Assembly (NCBI GenBank): GCA_021162655.1
Contig: JAGGYI010000118.1
Span: 1-49,322, forward strand
From: Anaerolineae bacterium
Lineage (GTDB): Bacteria > Chloroflexota > Anaerolineae > UBA1429
DNA: 49,322 bases
Reading direction: 5' to 3'
A program made the position numbers and the translations under genes. The notes under the pieces were generated by a model. The model saw only the letters and a program-made list of their open reading frames with translations, was not told the origin of the DNA and did no database searches. Shown piece by piece: positions 1 through 9,336 of the stretch (its first letter is position 1; every line of letters starts with the position of its first letter).

Positions 1-723
1 ATCGTCAATGTCTCGCGAAGCATCATCTACGCCTCGGACCCTCGAAATGCTGCCCAGAAGCTTGTGGCTGAGATGAATCGCATCCGCAGATATTCTCGGG
101 GAAAAAGGGGTGCGCGCTATCTGCAAGCGCGCCGTTTAGCCCTCGCCCTTTGGGAAGCAGGGTGTGTGCAGTTTGGAGATTTCGTCTTGCACTCTGGTGC
201 TCATTCTCCCGTTTATATTGATCTGAGAAAGCTAGTTTCTCATCCGGGATTACTGGGCCGGGTGGCACGGGCGTATGCACGGTTTTTACAGGGGCTTTCT
301 TTTGACCGGCTGGCGGCCATTCCCTATGCAGCTTTGCCCATTGGTACCGCGGTCGCGTTGCAGTTGGGCGCTCCTTTGATCTATCCTCGCAAAGAAGTCA
401 AAAGCTATGGCACCAGGAGGAAGATAGAGGGAGAATATCAACAAGGAGAGCGGGTAGTCATTCTCGATGACTTGATTACAAGCGGGGCGAGCAAGTTGGA
501 AGCTATAGCTCCTCTAGAAAAGGAAGGGCTGGTGGTGGAGGATATTGTAGTCCTCATTGACCGGGAGCAAGGGGGAAGCAGGGAACTGGCGCAAAGGGGA
601 TATAACCTTCATTCTGTACTAACGTTGCGAGAGTTGGTTGGTCTTTTGGAGGAAGAGGGGGTTCTCTCATCTTCCAAGGCTCGCCAAGTGTACGAGTACT
701 TGCAAGAGAGGGCAGGCAAGTAA
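1..723 (+). CDS. pyrE: Orotate phosphoribosyltransferase domain, in frame with an upstream OMP-decarboxylase-like C-terminus (probable PyrF-PyrE fusion; 5' end outside the window)
   Basis: Frame 1 is open from nt 1 with no stop before 721-723. Nt 1-75 translate to IVNVSRSIIYASDPRNAAQKLVAEM, which looks like a PyrF C-terminus. Downstream FGDFVLHSGAHSPVYIDLR and the PRPP loop VVILDDLITSGAS are PyrE hallmarks. pyrD and pyrK follow. Confidence 0.8.
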   Translation: MVNVSRSIIYASDPRNAAQKLVAEMNRIRRYSRGKRGARYLQARRLALALWEAGCVQFGDFVLHSGAHSPVYIDLRKLVSHPGLLGRVARAYARFLQGLSFDRLAAIPYAALPIGTAVALQLGAPLIYPRKEVKSYGTRRKIEGEYQQGERVVILDDLITSGASKLEAIAPLEKEGLVVEDIVVLIDREQGGSRELAQRGYNLHSVLTLRELVGLLEEEGVLSSSKARQVYEYLQERAGK

Positions 724-1652
724 TGGCACTTGACGTGAGCGTAGATCTCTGTGGAATTTCTTTACGTAATCCTCTAGTTCTCGCCTCAGGAATTTGGGGG
801 AGCTGCGCGGAAACGCTCGTTAGGGTAGGGCGCGCGGGGGCAGGAGCTGTGACAGCCAAGTCCTGCAGCTTGGAGCCTCGTCAGGGGCATCCTAATCCTA
901 CTGTTCTTGATTGGGGGCATGGGTTGATTAATGCCATTGGGCTGAGTAATCCAGGTGCCTGGGAGGAGAAGCGTATCCTTCAGAGGGCCGCTGTAGGTCT
1001 TAAAGAAATGGGTGTGCCTTTAATTGCAAGTGTCTTTGCAGAAACTATTGTTTCCTTTCAGCGTACGGTGGAAATTATCGCCCAGGCCGAGCCCGATTTA
1101 ATAGAGTTGAACATCTCTTGCCCTAATGTAGAGGATGAGTTTGGCAGGCCATTCGCTTTGGATCCGATCATGGCTGCCAAAGTTACAGCTGCTGTACGAG
1201 AGGTATACAAGGGGATTTTGTCGGTCAAGCTCTCCCCCAATGTGCCAGATATCGTTCAGGTGGCACGTGCTGTGGAGAAAGCAGGGGCAGACCTTCTGAC
1301 GGCGGTAAATACGTTGGGTCCAGGGATGGTTATCGATGTACATGCTGGGCGCCCTGTGCTATCTAACAAAGTCGGAGGAATCTCGGGGGCTGCCCTACGT
1401 CCCATTGCTGTGCGTTGTGTCTATGAGATCACTCAAGCTGTTTCCATTCCTGTTATTGGGATGGGAGGGGTGCTGACCGGCGAGGATGCCATGCAAATGC
1501 TTATGGCAGGAGCCACAGCGGTGGGGATAGGTTCTGCATTGTACTATTATGGCGAAGCGGCCTTTATGCGCATTTTGGGGGAATTGGAGGAATTGATGGT
1601 CCAAGAAGGCTATTCCAGCATCAAGGAATTCAGAGGGTGTGCCCATGGCTGA
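723..1652 (+). CDS. pyrD: Dihydroorotate dehydrogenase, class 1B catalytic subunit
   Basis: 309 aa. N-terminus ...LRNPLVLASGIWG, NAIGLSNPG, and FMN-binding IGMGGV...GATAVGIGSAL are typical of PyrD 1B. The ATG overlaps the pyrE stop (TAATG). The PyrK partner gene follows. Confidence 0.9.
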   Translation: MALDVSVDLCGISLRNPLVLASGIWGSCAETLVRVGRAGAGAVTAKSCSLEPRQGHPNPTVLDWGHGLINAIGLSNPGAWEEKRILQRAAVGLKEMGVPLIASVFAETIVSFQRTVEIIAQAEPDLIELNISCPNVEDEFGRPFALDPIMAAKVTAAVREVYKGILSVKLSPNVPDIVQVARAVEKAGADLLTAVNTLGPGMVIDVHAGRPVLSNKVGGISGAALRPIAVRCVYEITQAVSIPVIGMGGVLTGEDAMQMLMAGATAVGIGSALYYYGEAAFMRILGELEELMVQEGYSSIKEFRGCAHG

Positions 1653-2436
1653 TGGTTTGCACCGAGTTTTCCCCCTAATGCGCAGAGTAGAGGAAGGAAA
1701 AGTTGGAGCCACCCTCATTTTTGATGGGGAGCTAAAAGCCCAACCGGGGCAGTTTGTGATGGTGTGGCTTCCTGGTGTGGGGGAACGCCCTTTTAGCGTG
1801 GTAGACGATGCTCCGTTAACCCTCACAGTGGCTCGGGTGGGGCCTTTTACCCGAGCTTTAACGGCTCTCCAGGAAGGAGAGCGCGTTTGGATTCGTGGTC
1901 CTTTTGGCCGGCCTTTTCCTTTGCGTCAAGGATCTGCGATTCTAGTTGCAGGGGGGAGCGGGGTCGCTTCTTTGGCTTTTTTAGCCAAGCGTCTATGTGA
2001 AAAGCGAACCGAACCCCTTGTTATCCTAGGGGCGAGGACGGAAGCAAATTTTATGCTCACTTGGTTCTTTGAAAGAATGGGGCTTTGCCCTCTTTTGGCC
2101 ACTGATGATGGCTCGAAGGGTTGGCAGGGCACGGCGGTTGAGAGGTTAGAGGCTCTTTCCCAGCCGTGGAGGGAGCTTATTTATGGCTGTGGGCCTGAGA
2201 GGATGCTCAGGGCTTTGGCAAGCTCTGCTGTGCGCCACGGTGCGTTGTGTTGGCTTAGCTTGGAAAGAGTGATGAAGTGTGGTATTGGGGTGTGTGGGCA
2301 TTGCCATTGTGGAGATCAGCTTGTTTGCCGTGATGGCCCTGTTTTTTCTGCAGAAGAGGCTTTGCGCCTTTGGCGCCTAGAAGCCCGGGATAATCCCCAG
2401 ATAGCGGATAGAGAGGATAGCGAGCGCTATCCCTAG
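1639..2436 (+). CDS. pyrK: Dihydroorotate dehydrogenase electron-transfer subunit (FAD/2Fe-2S)
   Basis: Ferredoxin-reductase-like domain (GERPFSV, VAGGSGVA) with a C-terminal 2Fe-2S motif CGIGVCGHCHCG..LVC. It overlaps the pyrD stop. The start may be ATG 1645 rather than GTG 1639. Confidence 0.85.
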   Translation: MPMADGLHRVFPLMRRVEEGKVGATLIFDGELKAQPGQFVMVWLPGVGERPFSVVDDAPLTLTVARVGPFTRALTALQEGERVWIRGPFGRPFPLRQGSAILVAGGSGVASLAFLAKRLCEKRTEPLVILGARTEANFMLTWFFERMGLCPLLATDDGSKGWQGTAVERLEALSQPWRELIYGCGPERMLRALASSAVRHGALCWLSLERVMKCGIGVCGHCHCGDQLVCRDGPVFSAEEALRLWRLEARDNPQIADREDSERYP

Positions 2437-3144
2437 AACGATGCGCACGACTTTTTCCCCTTTGGCTGCTGCTAGCCGGCTGGCGATCCATCCCCCTGTT
2501 CCGTTCCCCACAGCAAGAACGAGTCCCAGGAGCCAGTTTACCTGGCCTCGCAAGGCAAACATGGCGAGAGCAAAAAGAGTGTATGTACCGATGATAAAGA
2601 CCTTGTGGCTGTTTGTACGGACGAGGTCTAACCCAGCTACAAGGACGAGAGAGGCGATGAGGAGAAAACCTACTCCAGCTTGAATCGCGCCGCCATAAAG
2701 CCCCACGAGGAAAAAGACCAGGTACCCTAGTAGACGCCGGCGGGAGGTGAGTTCCACTTTTCTATTTTGGAGCCATTTTTTCGGGTTCAGGACAAGGATT
2801 GCTAACATCATCAGCATGGCCACTGCGAGGATGCGATGGAAGATCGCCGTTGGGAGATCGATGACGGTATAGGCTCCTATAATGGCTCCAATGAGGGTGG
2901 GAATAGCGAGTTGGATACTTAATTTAAAGTTTGAGATGCCTTTGCTTCGGAAGCCGAGTACAGCCATGATGGTTTGTACTGCGATGGCTACTCGGTTGGT
3001 GCCGTTTGCCATAGCACTGGGCAGGCCAGCGAACTCGAGTGCGGCTAGGGTAAGAAAGGAACCTCCCCCTGCCATGGTGTTCATAAAGCCAGCGATCAGG
3101 CCGGCTCCGAGGATGATAATGATCTGAAGCGGAGAGGTATTCAT
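2377..3144 (-). CDS. TauE/SafE family sulfite/anion exporter (membrane protein)
   Basis: 255 aa and very hydrophobic, with multiple TM segments and duplicated G-rich helices (GFMNTMAGGGSF; VGLYGGAIQAGVGF) typical of the TauE/SafE family. Confidence 0.8.
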   Translation of the reverse strand: MNTSPLQIIIILGAGLIAGFMNTMAGGGSFLTLAALEFAGLPSAMANGTNRVAIAVQTIMAVLGFRSKGISNFKLSIQLAIPTLIGAIIGAYTVIDLPTAIFHRILAVAMLMMLAILVLNPKKWLQNRKVELTSRRRLLGYLVFFLVGLYGGAIQAGVGFLLIASLVLVAGLDLVRTNSHKVFIIGTYTLFALAMFALRGQVNWLLGLVLAVGNGTGGWIASRLAAAKGEKVVRIVLGIALAILSIRYLGIIPGF

Positions 3145-3217
3145 GGTTTTGGCCCTCCTAAATTATAGGCATGGCGCGATTATACTGGGAAGCCATTTGG
3201 GGTCAAGTGGTGGGAGT

Positions 3218-3246
3218 TTGTCTTTCGAACAAATGTTCTCTATAAT
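3218..3246 (+). promoter_or_regulatory. Putative sigma-70 promoter for the helicase-nuclease operon
   Basis: TTGTCT (3218-3223), a 17-nt spacer, then a perfect TATAAT (3241-3246), about 19 nt upstream of the ATG at 3265. Confidence 0.35.
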
Positions 3247-3264
3247 GTTTTTCGGATAACCAAG

Positions 3265-5442
3265 ATGAGAGGCCAAGAGTTGCTTTCTTTGCCATTGAAA
3301 CTCACGCGCGAGCAGCAAAAGGTTGTGGAATGGCCTAGGGAAGGGGGGCAAAGTCTCTTTCTTTCTGGCTTGCCTGGCACGGGCAAGAGCACAGCCCTCA
3401 TGGCTAGGCTAGCTGCTCTTTTGCGAGTAGGATATCGCCCTTACGAGATACTCGTTTTTCTTCCGCAGAGGGCCCAGGTTGTACGATATGAACAGGTGCT
3501 CGCAAGCTTGGACGCGCCGATACGAGGAGGGGTCGATTGCCTCACTTTTTATTCCTTTGCAAAAAGATCTGTCGCTCTTTTTTGGCCTCGGATAGCTTCT
3601 GTGCTGGGCTTTGCTCATCCTGAGCGAGAGCCCACCTTTTTGACTTTGGAAACAGCCCAATATTACATGTGGCGGATCGTTGAACCACTCATTCGCGCTG
3701 AGGGGTATTTTTCTTCATTAAAGATTCGACGTGAGAGACTTCTCTCTCAACTGATTGATAATCTGAACAAGGCCGCTTTGGTTGGATTTGACTATAAAGA
3801 GGTCTATTCAAGGCTCAAGGGAGCGTGGACGGGCTCGCTAGAGCGGCTGCATAGCTATTGGCAGGCCCAAGACTGTATAACACGTTTCCGAGAGTATTGT
3901 TTAGCTCATAACTTGGTGGATTTTTCTTTAAGCGTCGAGGCTTTCCAGTATCTGTGGAAGCGGGAGGATTATCAGCAGTACTTTCGAACTCGGTATCATC
4001 ATCTTTTGGTAGATAATCTAGAAGAGAATGTCCCTGTAGCTCTTGACTTCATTCGCTGGGCATTGGAGCAGATAGATGGCTCTTCCATTTTGGCCTATGA
4101 TCTCGCGGGGGGACATCGGATCTTTTTGGGAGCAGATGCGCGATATGCCGCAGAATTTGCTAATTACTGCGACTGTGCCCTGGAATGCCGCGATTTGGTG
4201 CGGCCTGCCGGAGCGCCGTTGGCTTTTGCAGGAGCTGTAAGGCGTGCTCTGGGGCTTTCACCTCTGGTGGGCGAGACCGCTTTTCAGGAAGCAGTGAGAG
4301 CTCAGTACAGGGGCAAGTACTGGGTGAACATGCTAGACTGGGTTGTAGAGAGAATTTCTCAGCTCGTTCATGAAGAGGGAGTATCTCCCCGGGAGATCGC
4401 CGTGATAGCTCCCTATGTGAGTGAGGTCCTACGTTTTGCATTGGAAGATGGTCTTGCACGGAAGGGTATCTCTATGCACCTTTTGCGTCCCTCGAGACCT
4501 TTGCGCGATGATCCTATCGTGCGGGCTTTGTTGACGTGGGTGATTTTGGGGCATCCTGCTTGGAGGGAAGCGCTGGAGAAGGGGGAATACCTTCTTCCAG
4601 TGGAGGATGTGGCTTTAGCGTTGCAGGTTGCCCTAGCAGATTTGGATCCCATCCGAGCTCGCCGCCTGGCGCGGGCTGCTTTTCCGCGCGAGATGAGACG
4701 CTTGATTGACCTCGACGGTCAGGAGTCTTTGCTCACGCCAGAAGAAAGGGGGCATCTTTGGGAAGAAGTGGGCTACCAGATCCGCCGGCGGTACAAGGCT
4801 TTGCTGCTTTGGTTAGAAGATGCCCAGCAACGTGATTCGGAGGGAGTGGATATCTTTTTGAGTAGGTTCTTTGGCTCCCTTCTTTCTACACCGGGATTTG
4901 GTTTCTATGATCAACCGGAGCGTGCTCGGGTTTATGGCCGCCTGGTGGAATCTGCGGCCAAGTTCCGGGAAGCTGTGCGTATCTCTTCTGAACTCGATCA
5001 GGATACTTTGGTGCGCGAATATGTGCGTTTGGTTCTTGATGGAATTGCTAGTGGGGAATATGTTGTTGATTGGCCTACTTTTTTTGCCACCGATGCTGTA
5101 TTGCTCAGCCCGGCCTATGCTTACCTTACCCGGGATCTTGCTTCTCACTATCAATTCTGGGTAGATCTGGGTTCTGATGGTTGGTGGAATCGCCCCAATC
5201 AACCGCTCACTCATCCTTATGTGCTTTCGAGGCATTGGCCCGTCGGTCGGCCTTGGCGGGACATTGAGGAAGAACGTTCACGGAAGGAAGCGTTGGGCAA
5301 CGTGGTTTTGGGGCTGGCAGCACGCTGCACGGGGGGGATTTTTCTTGTGTCTAGCGAGCTCGGCGTGGACGGAACAGAGCAGGATGGCCGTTTTCAGCGA
5401 GCCATTGTGCGGGCTATGAGGATGGCTTCCAATGAGCAGTGA
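3265..5442 (+). CDS. UvrD-like helicase-related protein with a degenerate motif II (AddB/AdnA-like non-motor subunit, no nuclease domain)
   Basis: 725 aa. Walker A is GLPGTGKST. The position of the UvrD motif II DExQD reads LLVDNLEEN (D-N at 4012-4017). No PD-(D/E)XK motif was seen. Its stop overlaps the next gene by 11 nt. Confidence 0.6.
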   Translation: MRGQELLSLPLKLTREQQKVVEWPREGGQSLFLSGLPGTGKSTALMARLAALLRVGYRPYEILVFLPQRAQVVRYEQVLASLDAPIRGGVDCLTFYSFAKRSVALFWPRIASVLGFAHPEREPTFLTLETAQYYMWRIVEPLIRAEGYFSSLKIRRERLLSQLIDNLNKAALVGFDYKEVYSRLKGAWTGSLERLHSYWQAQDCITRFREYCLAHNLVDFSLSVEAFQYLWKREDYQQYFRTRYHHLLVDNLEENVPVALDFIRWALEQIDGSSILAYDLAGGHRIFLGADARYAAEFANYCDCALECRDLVRPAGAPLAFAGAVRRALGLSPLVGETAFQEAVRAQYRGKYWVNMLDWVVERISQLVHEEGVSPREIAVIAPYVSEVLRFALEDGLARKGISMHLLRPSRPLRDDPIVRALLTWVILGHPAWREALEKGEYLLPVEDVALALQVALADLDPIRARRLARAAFPREMRRLIDLDGQESLLTPEERGHLWEEVGYQIRRRYKALLLWLEDAQQRDSEGVDIFLSRFFGSLLSTPGFGFYDQPERARVYGRLVESAAKFREAVRISSELDQDTLVREYVRLVLDGIASGEYVVDWPTFFATDAVLLSPAYAYLTRDLASHYQFWVDLGSDGWWNRPNQPLTHPYVLSRHWPVGRPWRDIEEERSRKEALGNVVLGLAARCTGGIFLVSSELGVDGTEQDGRFQRAIVRAMRMASNEQ

Positions 5443-7702
5443 AACAACTTTATGGGGATACCGGCTGCGTCCTCAGCAGCGAGAAGTGCTACAGTATACT
5501 GGCGGTCGAATGGCCGTTTCTGCCGTGCCTGGGAGCGGCAAAACATTGACTTTGGCTCTTCTTGCTGCCAAGCTCATCGTAGAGGGGCGGATAGATGAGG
5601 ATGCCGAGGTCCTTGTGGTAACGGTACAGAATTCGGCGGTTGATAATATTGCCCAACGCATTCGTGATATTCTCGATCGCCAAAGAATACCGCCGCTGGG
5701 TTTTCGCGTTTGTACATTGCACAAGCTGGCTAGTGACATTTTGCGAGCTCGTTACGATTTAGCAGGGGTTGAGGAGCAGTTTGTGATTATTGATGACAAT
5801 GAAACTCGGCGCCTGATGCAGAGTGCTGTGGATGTGTGGGTTGCCGAGCATATTGGGTGGTGGCAGAGTTTTATCCCGGAGACCGACGTAACGCGACAGC
5901 AAAGGATGAAAGAAGCGTGGAGGAGAGAGACGCAGAGGGTAGGGCTGGAAATAACCAAGCTTTGTAAGCATCTGCGGTTATCTCCAAAAGAAGCGAGGGA
6001 TCTCCTTGACAGGGCAAATCGTCCTTTCGAGTTTCTTCGGATGGGGATAGAGTTATATGCTCAATATGATCGCTATCTGCAAGCTCAAAGTGGGCTTGAT
6101 TTCGATGACCTCATCTGGCGGGCTCTTGAGGCTCTGGACCAAGACGAGACTTTTTTGCTGAACCTAAGACGTCGCTGGCCTTATGTTCTTGAAGATGAGG
6201 CTCAAGATAGTTCTCCTTTGCAAGAGATGATCTTGGAACGATTGGTTGGGCCTGAAGGAAACTGGGTGCGCGTGGGGGATCCCAATCAGTCGATCAACAG
6301 TACCTTCACGGCTGCTGATCCCCGTTACTTTCGCCGCTTTTTGCGCCAGCAAGGAGTGAAGCCTCTTTCTCTGTTGATATCCGGCCGGTGTGCTCGCCCC
6401 ATCATGTTCTTGGCAAACCGGTTGGTCCGTTGGACATGTTTGCACCATCCTGAGCCGGCAGTCCGCGAGATGGCTTTTCAGCTCCAGGAGATGTTCCCTA
6501 CAGAAGAGGGGGACGCGCAGCCCAATCCTCCTGATACTCAGAGCCACATTTACTTCCATACGGAACCTTTCCCCGATATAAAAGAGGAGGCTCGGCAGGT
6601 TGCTCATTGGGCTGTCTCTCACCTCAAACGCTATCCCGATTATAGTGTGGCTATACTTTGCCCTACGAACCAACAGGGGAGCGAGGTGGTGAGTGCACTT
6701 CAAAACCTTGGCGCTTCGTATGATGATCTCTTGCGTTCGACGCCGCGGGTACGTGAGGTGGCCCGCGTTTTGTCGGCTACGTTTGGATATCTGGGGGATG
6801 TCCTTTCAACCACCAAGTTGGGGAGCCTTTATCAGCTTTTGGCAACGGCAGGGTTCCTTCAGAAATCCCGTGGGATGGAGCGGCTTCGCCACAGGGTTGC
6901 ACTCATCAGGAGCCTATCTACCCATGATTTCCTCTTCCCTCAAACCGGCAATAGTTTGCGTGAGGCCCTCGCCATGGCCCCCCGTGTGGAGGAAGAGGAT
7001 CTCCGATGTTTAGCAGAGTTCTCTTCTCTAGTGAGCAAATGGGTAAGGGCTTCCTTTTTACCGGTGGACCAGCTGCTTCTTACCGTTGCCCAGGATCTTT
7101 TTACAGATAGCGTGGACCTTGCGCTTTGTCATACCATGGCGGTTAGTTTGCGAGCTGTCTCCCAGATGCATCCATCGTGGAGACTGCCTGATTTTGCTGC
7201 CGAGTTGGAAGCTGTCGCTCGAAATCGGCGTGCATTGATCGGTATGTCTTTGGCGGACGCTGGTTATACCCCCCAGCCAGGGAAGATCGCTGTCACGACG
7301 ATGCACAAGGCCAAGGGTCTTGAATGGGATACGGTCTTTTTGCTCTCTGTAGACAATCTCGAATTCCCTTCAAGCCTCGATGATACCTTTCGCGGCGAGC
7401 TATACTTTCTTTCTGGCCGTGCGCCAGCTGTTGAGGCGAGAAAGGAGCTGGAGCGACTGAGTGGAGGGATTGTGCCAGGCTTTTTGGAGGAGGAAGTTTC
7501 CGATCCTATTGCTCAAGCCCGTTTAGAGTTTGTTGCTGAGCGACTGAGATTGCTTTATGTAGGCATTACTAGAGCTCGCCGGAATCTATCCTTCACCTGG
7601 AGCGAGGTGAACAGTCGTCGCCGGGTGGAGCCCGCAAGAGCGCTCCGCGTTCTCCGTGAGGCATACCAGGATTACTTGGAGAGCAGTGGGCGTGTTAATT
7701 GA
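5432..7702 (+). CDS. UvrD/Rep/AddA-family ATP-dependent DNA helicase (no nuclease domain)
   Basis: 756 aa. Motif I AVPGSGKTLTL, intact motif II VLEDEAQDSSPLQ, motif VI LLYVGITRARRNL, and TMHKAKGLEWD. Confidence 0.8.
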   Translation: MSSETTLWGYRLRPQQREVLQYTGGRMAVSAVPGSGKTLTLALLAAKLIVEGRIDEDAEVLVVTVQNSAVDNIAQRIRDILDRQRIPPLGFRVCTLHKLASDILRARYDLAGVEEQFVIIDDNETRRLMQSAVDVWVAEHIGWWQSFIPETDVTRQQRMKEAWRRETQRVGLEITKLCKHLRLSPKEARDLLDRANRPFEFLRMGIELYAQYDRYLQAQSGLDFDDLIWRALEALDQDETFLLNLRRRWPYVLEDEAQDSSPLQEMILERLVGPEGNWVRVGDPNQSINSTFTAADPRYFRRFLRQQGVKPLSLLISGRCARPIMFLANRLVRWTCLHHPEPAVREMAFQLQEMFPTEEGDAQPNPPDTQSHIYFHTEPFPDIKEEARQVAHWAVSHLKRYPDYSVAILCPTNQQGSEVVSALQNLGASYDDLLRSTPRVREVARVLSATFGYLGDVLSTTKLGSLYQLLATAGFLQKSRGMERLRHRVALIRSLSTHDFLFPQTGNSLREALAMAPRVEEEDLRCLAEFSSLVSKWVRASFLPVDQLLLTVAQDLFTDSVDLALCHTMAVSLRAVSQMHPSWRLPDFAAELEAVARNRRALIGMSLADAGYTPQPGKIAVTTMHKAKGLEWDTVFLLSVDNLEFPSSLDDTFRGELYFLSGRAPAVEARKELERLSGGIVPGFLEEEVSDPIAQARLEFVAERLRLLYVGITRARRNLSFTWSEVNSRRRVEPARALRVLREAYQDYLESSGRVN

Positions 7703-8516
7703 GCCAGGATATCTTTTCAGCCAACATAGTTTAAACACTTATGTGCGCTGTCAGCGAAGGTTTCTGCTTCGTTATATCGAGCATCAACCGTGGCCTATGC
7801 CCGAGGATGAGGATCCGCTGGACTATCAGAGACACCTGGCAAGAGGCCGAATGTTTCATCAATGGTTGGTTCGCCGGCATTGGGGAATAGAGATGAGCGA
7901 AATCGTCGAGGCTTGCGAGGATTCGCTCTTGAGGCAATGGTGGCGGGCAGTAGAAACGCTCTTCCCCTGGGATGCGTTGCCAGATGGGATTAGAGAAGCG
8001 GAACTGCCAGTGGTGGTCTCTTTGGGAGAGTATCGCTTGTATGCCCGATATGATTATTTAGCTTTGGATCCTCAGAACAAAGTAGCGGTCATAGTAGATT
8101 GGAAAACTCTGGCTTCGGTGCCGAGTTATCAAGTTCTGCGTGAGCGTATCCAGACCCGGGTTTATCTTTATACGCTCATCGCTGCTAGCCATGTGTTGAC
8201 AGGAGGGAAATCTCTTGCTCCAGATCAGGTGAAAATGCTCTATTGGTTTGCCAATTATCCCGATGATGTCATCGAGATCCCCTATTCAGAGGCGGCTTTT
8301 CAGCAAGATGCGCACTATCTGCAGAGCCTTGTTCGTGAGATTGGGCGGCGTCCTCGAGAAGCTTTTGCACCTACCGAGGATTCGCGGCTCTGCGCTCATT
8401 GTCAATATCGCACTTTGTGTCATCGAGAGGTCATTACTTCAGCCGAAGAGGATTGGCTGGATGAGGAGATAGATTTTGCCCTCGATCTTCAAGATATCCC
8501 CGAGCTAGAGTATTGA
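7656..8516 (+). CDS. Stand-alone PD-(D/E)XK nuclease with a 4-Cys (Fe-S) cluster signature (Cas4 / AddB-nuclease-like)
   Basis: N-terminal Cys in YVRCQRRF (7749-7751), a D-x-K core in VIVDWKT (8097-8105), and C-terminal CAHCQYRTLC (8391-8420). This is the C...CxxC...C layout of Cas4/AddB nuclease domains. The start is uncertain: GTG 7656, or GTG 7692 preceded by GGAGAG. Confidence 0.75.
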   Translation: MRHTRITWRAVGVLIEPGYLFSQHSLNTYVRCQRRFLLRYIEHQPWPMPEDEDPLDYQRHLARGRMFHQWLVRRHWGIEMSEIVEACEDSLLRQWWRAVETLFPWDALPDGIREAELPVVVSLGEYRLYARYDYLALDPQNKVAVIVDWKTLASVPSYQVLRERIQTRVYLYTLIAASHVLTGGKSLAPDQVKMLYWFANYPDDVIEIPYSEAAFQQDAHYLQSLVREIGRRPREAFAPTEDSRLCAHCQYRTLCHREVITSAEEDWLDEEIDFALDLQDIPELEY

Positions 8517-8520
8517 TAGA

Positions 8521-8544
8521 GGCTGGCTCCCTTGGGAGCCAGCC
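8521..8544. terminator. Hairpin between convergent genes (possible bidirectional terminator)
   Basis: GGCTGGCTCC-cttg-GGAGCCAGCC, a perfect 10-bp stem between the stop at 8516 (+) and the stop at 8550 (-). The U-tract is weak. Confidence 0.4.
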
Positions 8545-8549
8545 TTAGG

Positions 8550-9326
8550 TTAAATTAGAAGGTCCTCGAGACGATCGGCCTCCTTGATGAATGTGCGTGC
8601 ATCGATCTGCTGGAAGCCCCGCAAGAGATAGTCGACAGGATCTGTTCGAGCCCAGATTTTGATCTCCTGCTTGTAGGGAGGACCGGGAATGACGAAAGGC
8701 TCGATTTCGTGGATGTGAGCGGTAGCTTCTGCTGCGACTTGGCGAATGAGGTCCCGAGCATCCTCTGGGGCGAGATGTAGAGCGACCTGAGGACCGAGGC
8801 CAATCTTCACCTGGGCTCCATAGATGTTGGGGACAAGCTCGCGGGCTTCGGCAATCGCTTTGTCGTCTCCACTGATAAAGACAGTTGGTACGCCATAACT
8901 GCCAGCCAGAGCTGCACGGCAGCCAAACTCCCCGAGTTCCAGCCCGTTGATTTTGATGTATTCAATGTTCCTCGAAGAGTAACTGTGTGCAAGATTGCCA
9001 TTGAGCGTCCCGGCTTTGGCATGTTGCCCCAGGAAAAAGAGGGCATCGAAAGAAGAATCGAGAAAAGACGGCGGCTTGAGGCGCATGTTGTTGATCAATT
9101 TTGCTCCTCGCGGAAAGCGTTCAAAGTCGATCGAGCCACACCCGTGAGCATCCCAGACCCAGATTTCCGCTTGGGGGTCTGTCTGCTGAATTCCTTCGAT
9201 GCAAGCGCGTAGTTCTTCTGTCATGAGTCGTACTGCTTGGGGGTAGCCAGGGGTGTCAGCTCCTGTCTGATCCCAACGAGCTACGCCCGAAACTCCTTCC
9301 AAGTCGGTAAGAATATAGATTTTCAT
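8550..9326 (-). CDS. Peptidase M55 (DppA-type D-aminopeptidase)
   Basis: The N-terminus MKIYILTDLEGVSGV and overall length (258 aa) are characteristic of the M55/DppA family. Confidence 0.8.
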   Translation of the reverse strand: MKIYILTDLEGVSGVARWDQTGADTPGYPQAVRLMTEELRACIEGIQQTDPQAEIWVWDAHGCGSIDFERFPRGAKLINNMRLKPPSFLDSSFDALFFLGQHAKAGTLNGNLAHSYSSRNIEYIKINGLELGEFGCRAALAGSYGVPTVFISGDDKAIAEARELVPNIYGAQVKIGLGPQVALHLAPEDARDLIRQVAAEATAHIHEIEPFVIPGPPYKQEIKIWARTDPVDYLLRGFQQIDARTFIKEADRLEDLLI

Positions 9327-9336
9327 AGGTTGCTCC

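Noticed and set aside
64-723. Independent pyrE starting at GTG 64 (ORF track) or ATG 73
   Set aside because: The frame is open upstream to nt 1 and encodes a PyrF-like C-terminus. Neither candidate start has a convincing SD. A fusion protein is the simpler reading.
2377-2436. Convergent gene overlaps: pyrK and the TauE gene overlap by 60 nt, and there are 4-nt stop-stop overlaps at 11827-11830 and 34195-34198
   Set aside because: This is real in the sequence but most simply reflects a compact genome. I could not identify any structure or motif in the overlaps that suggests regulation.
3265-8516. Helicase/helicase/nuclease trio considered as an anti-phage defence system (Gabija- or Hachiman-like)
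   Set aside because: There is no OLD/TOPRIM ATPase, HamA-like or other defence-specific partner. The flanks are housekeeping genes (pyr genes, TauE, peptidase) with no mobile-element signatures. The domain logic matches AddAB/AdnAB-type repair better.
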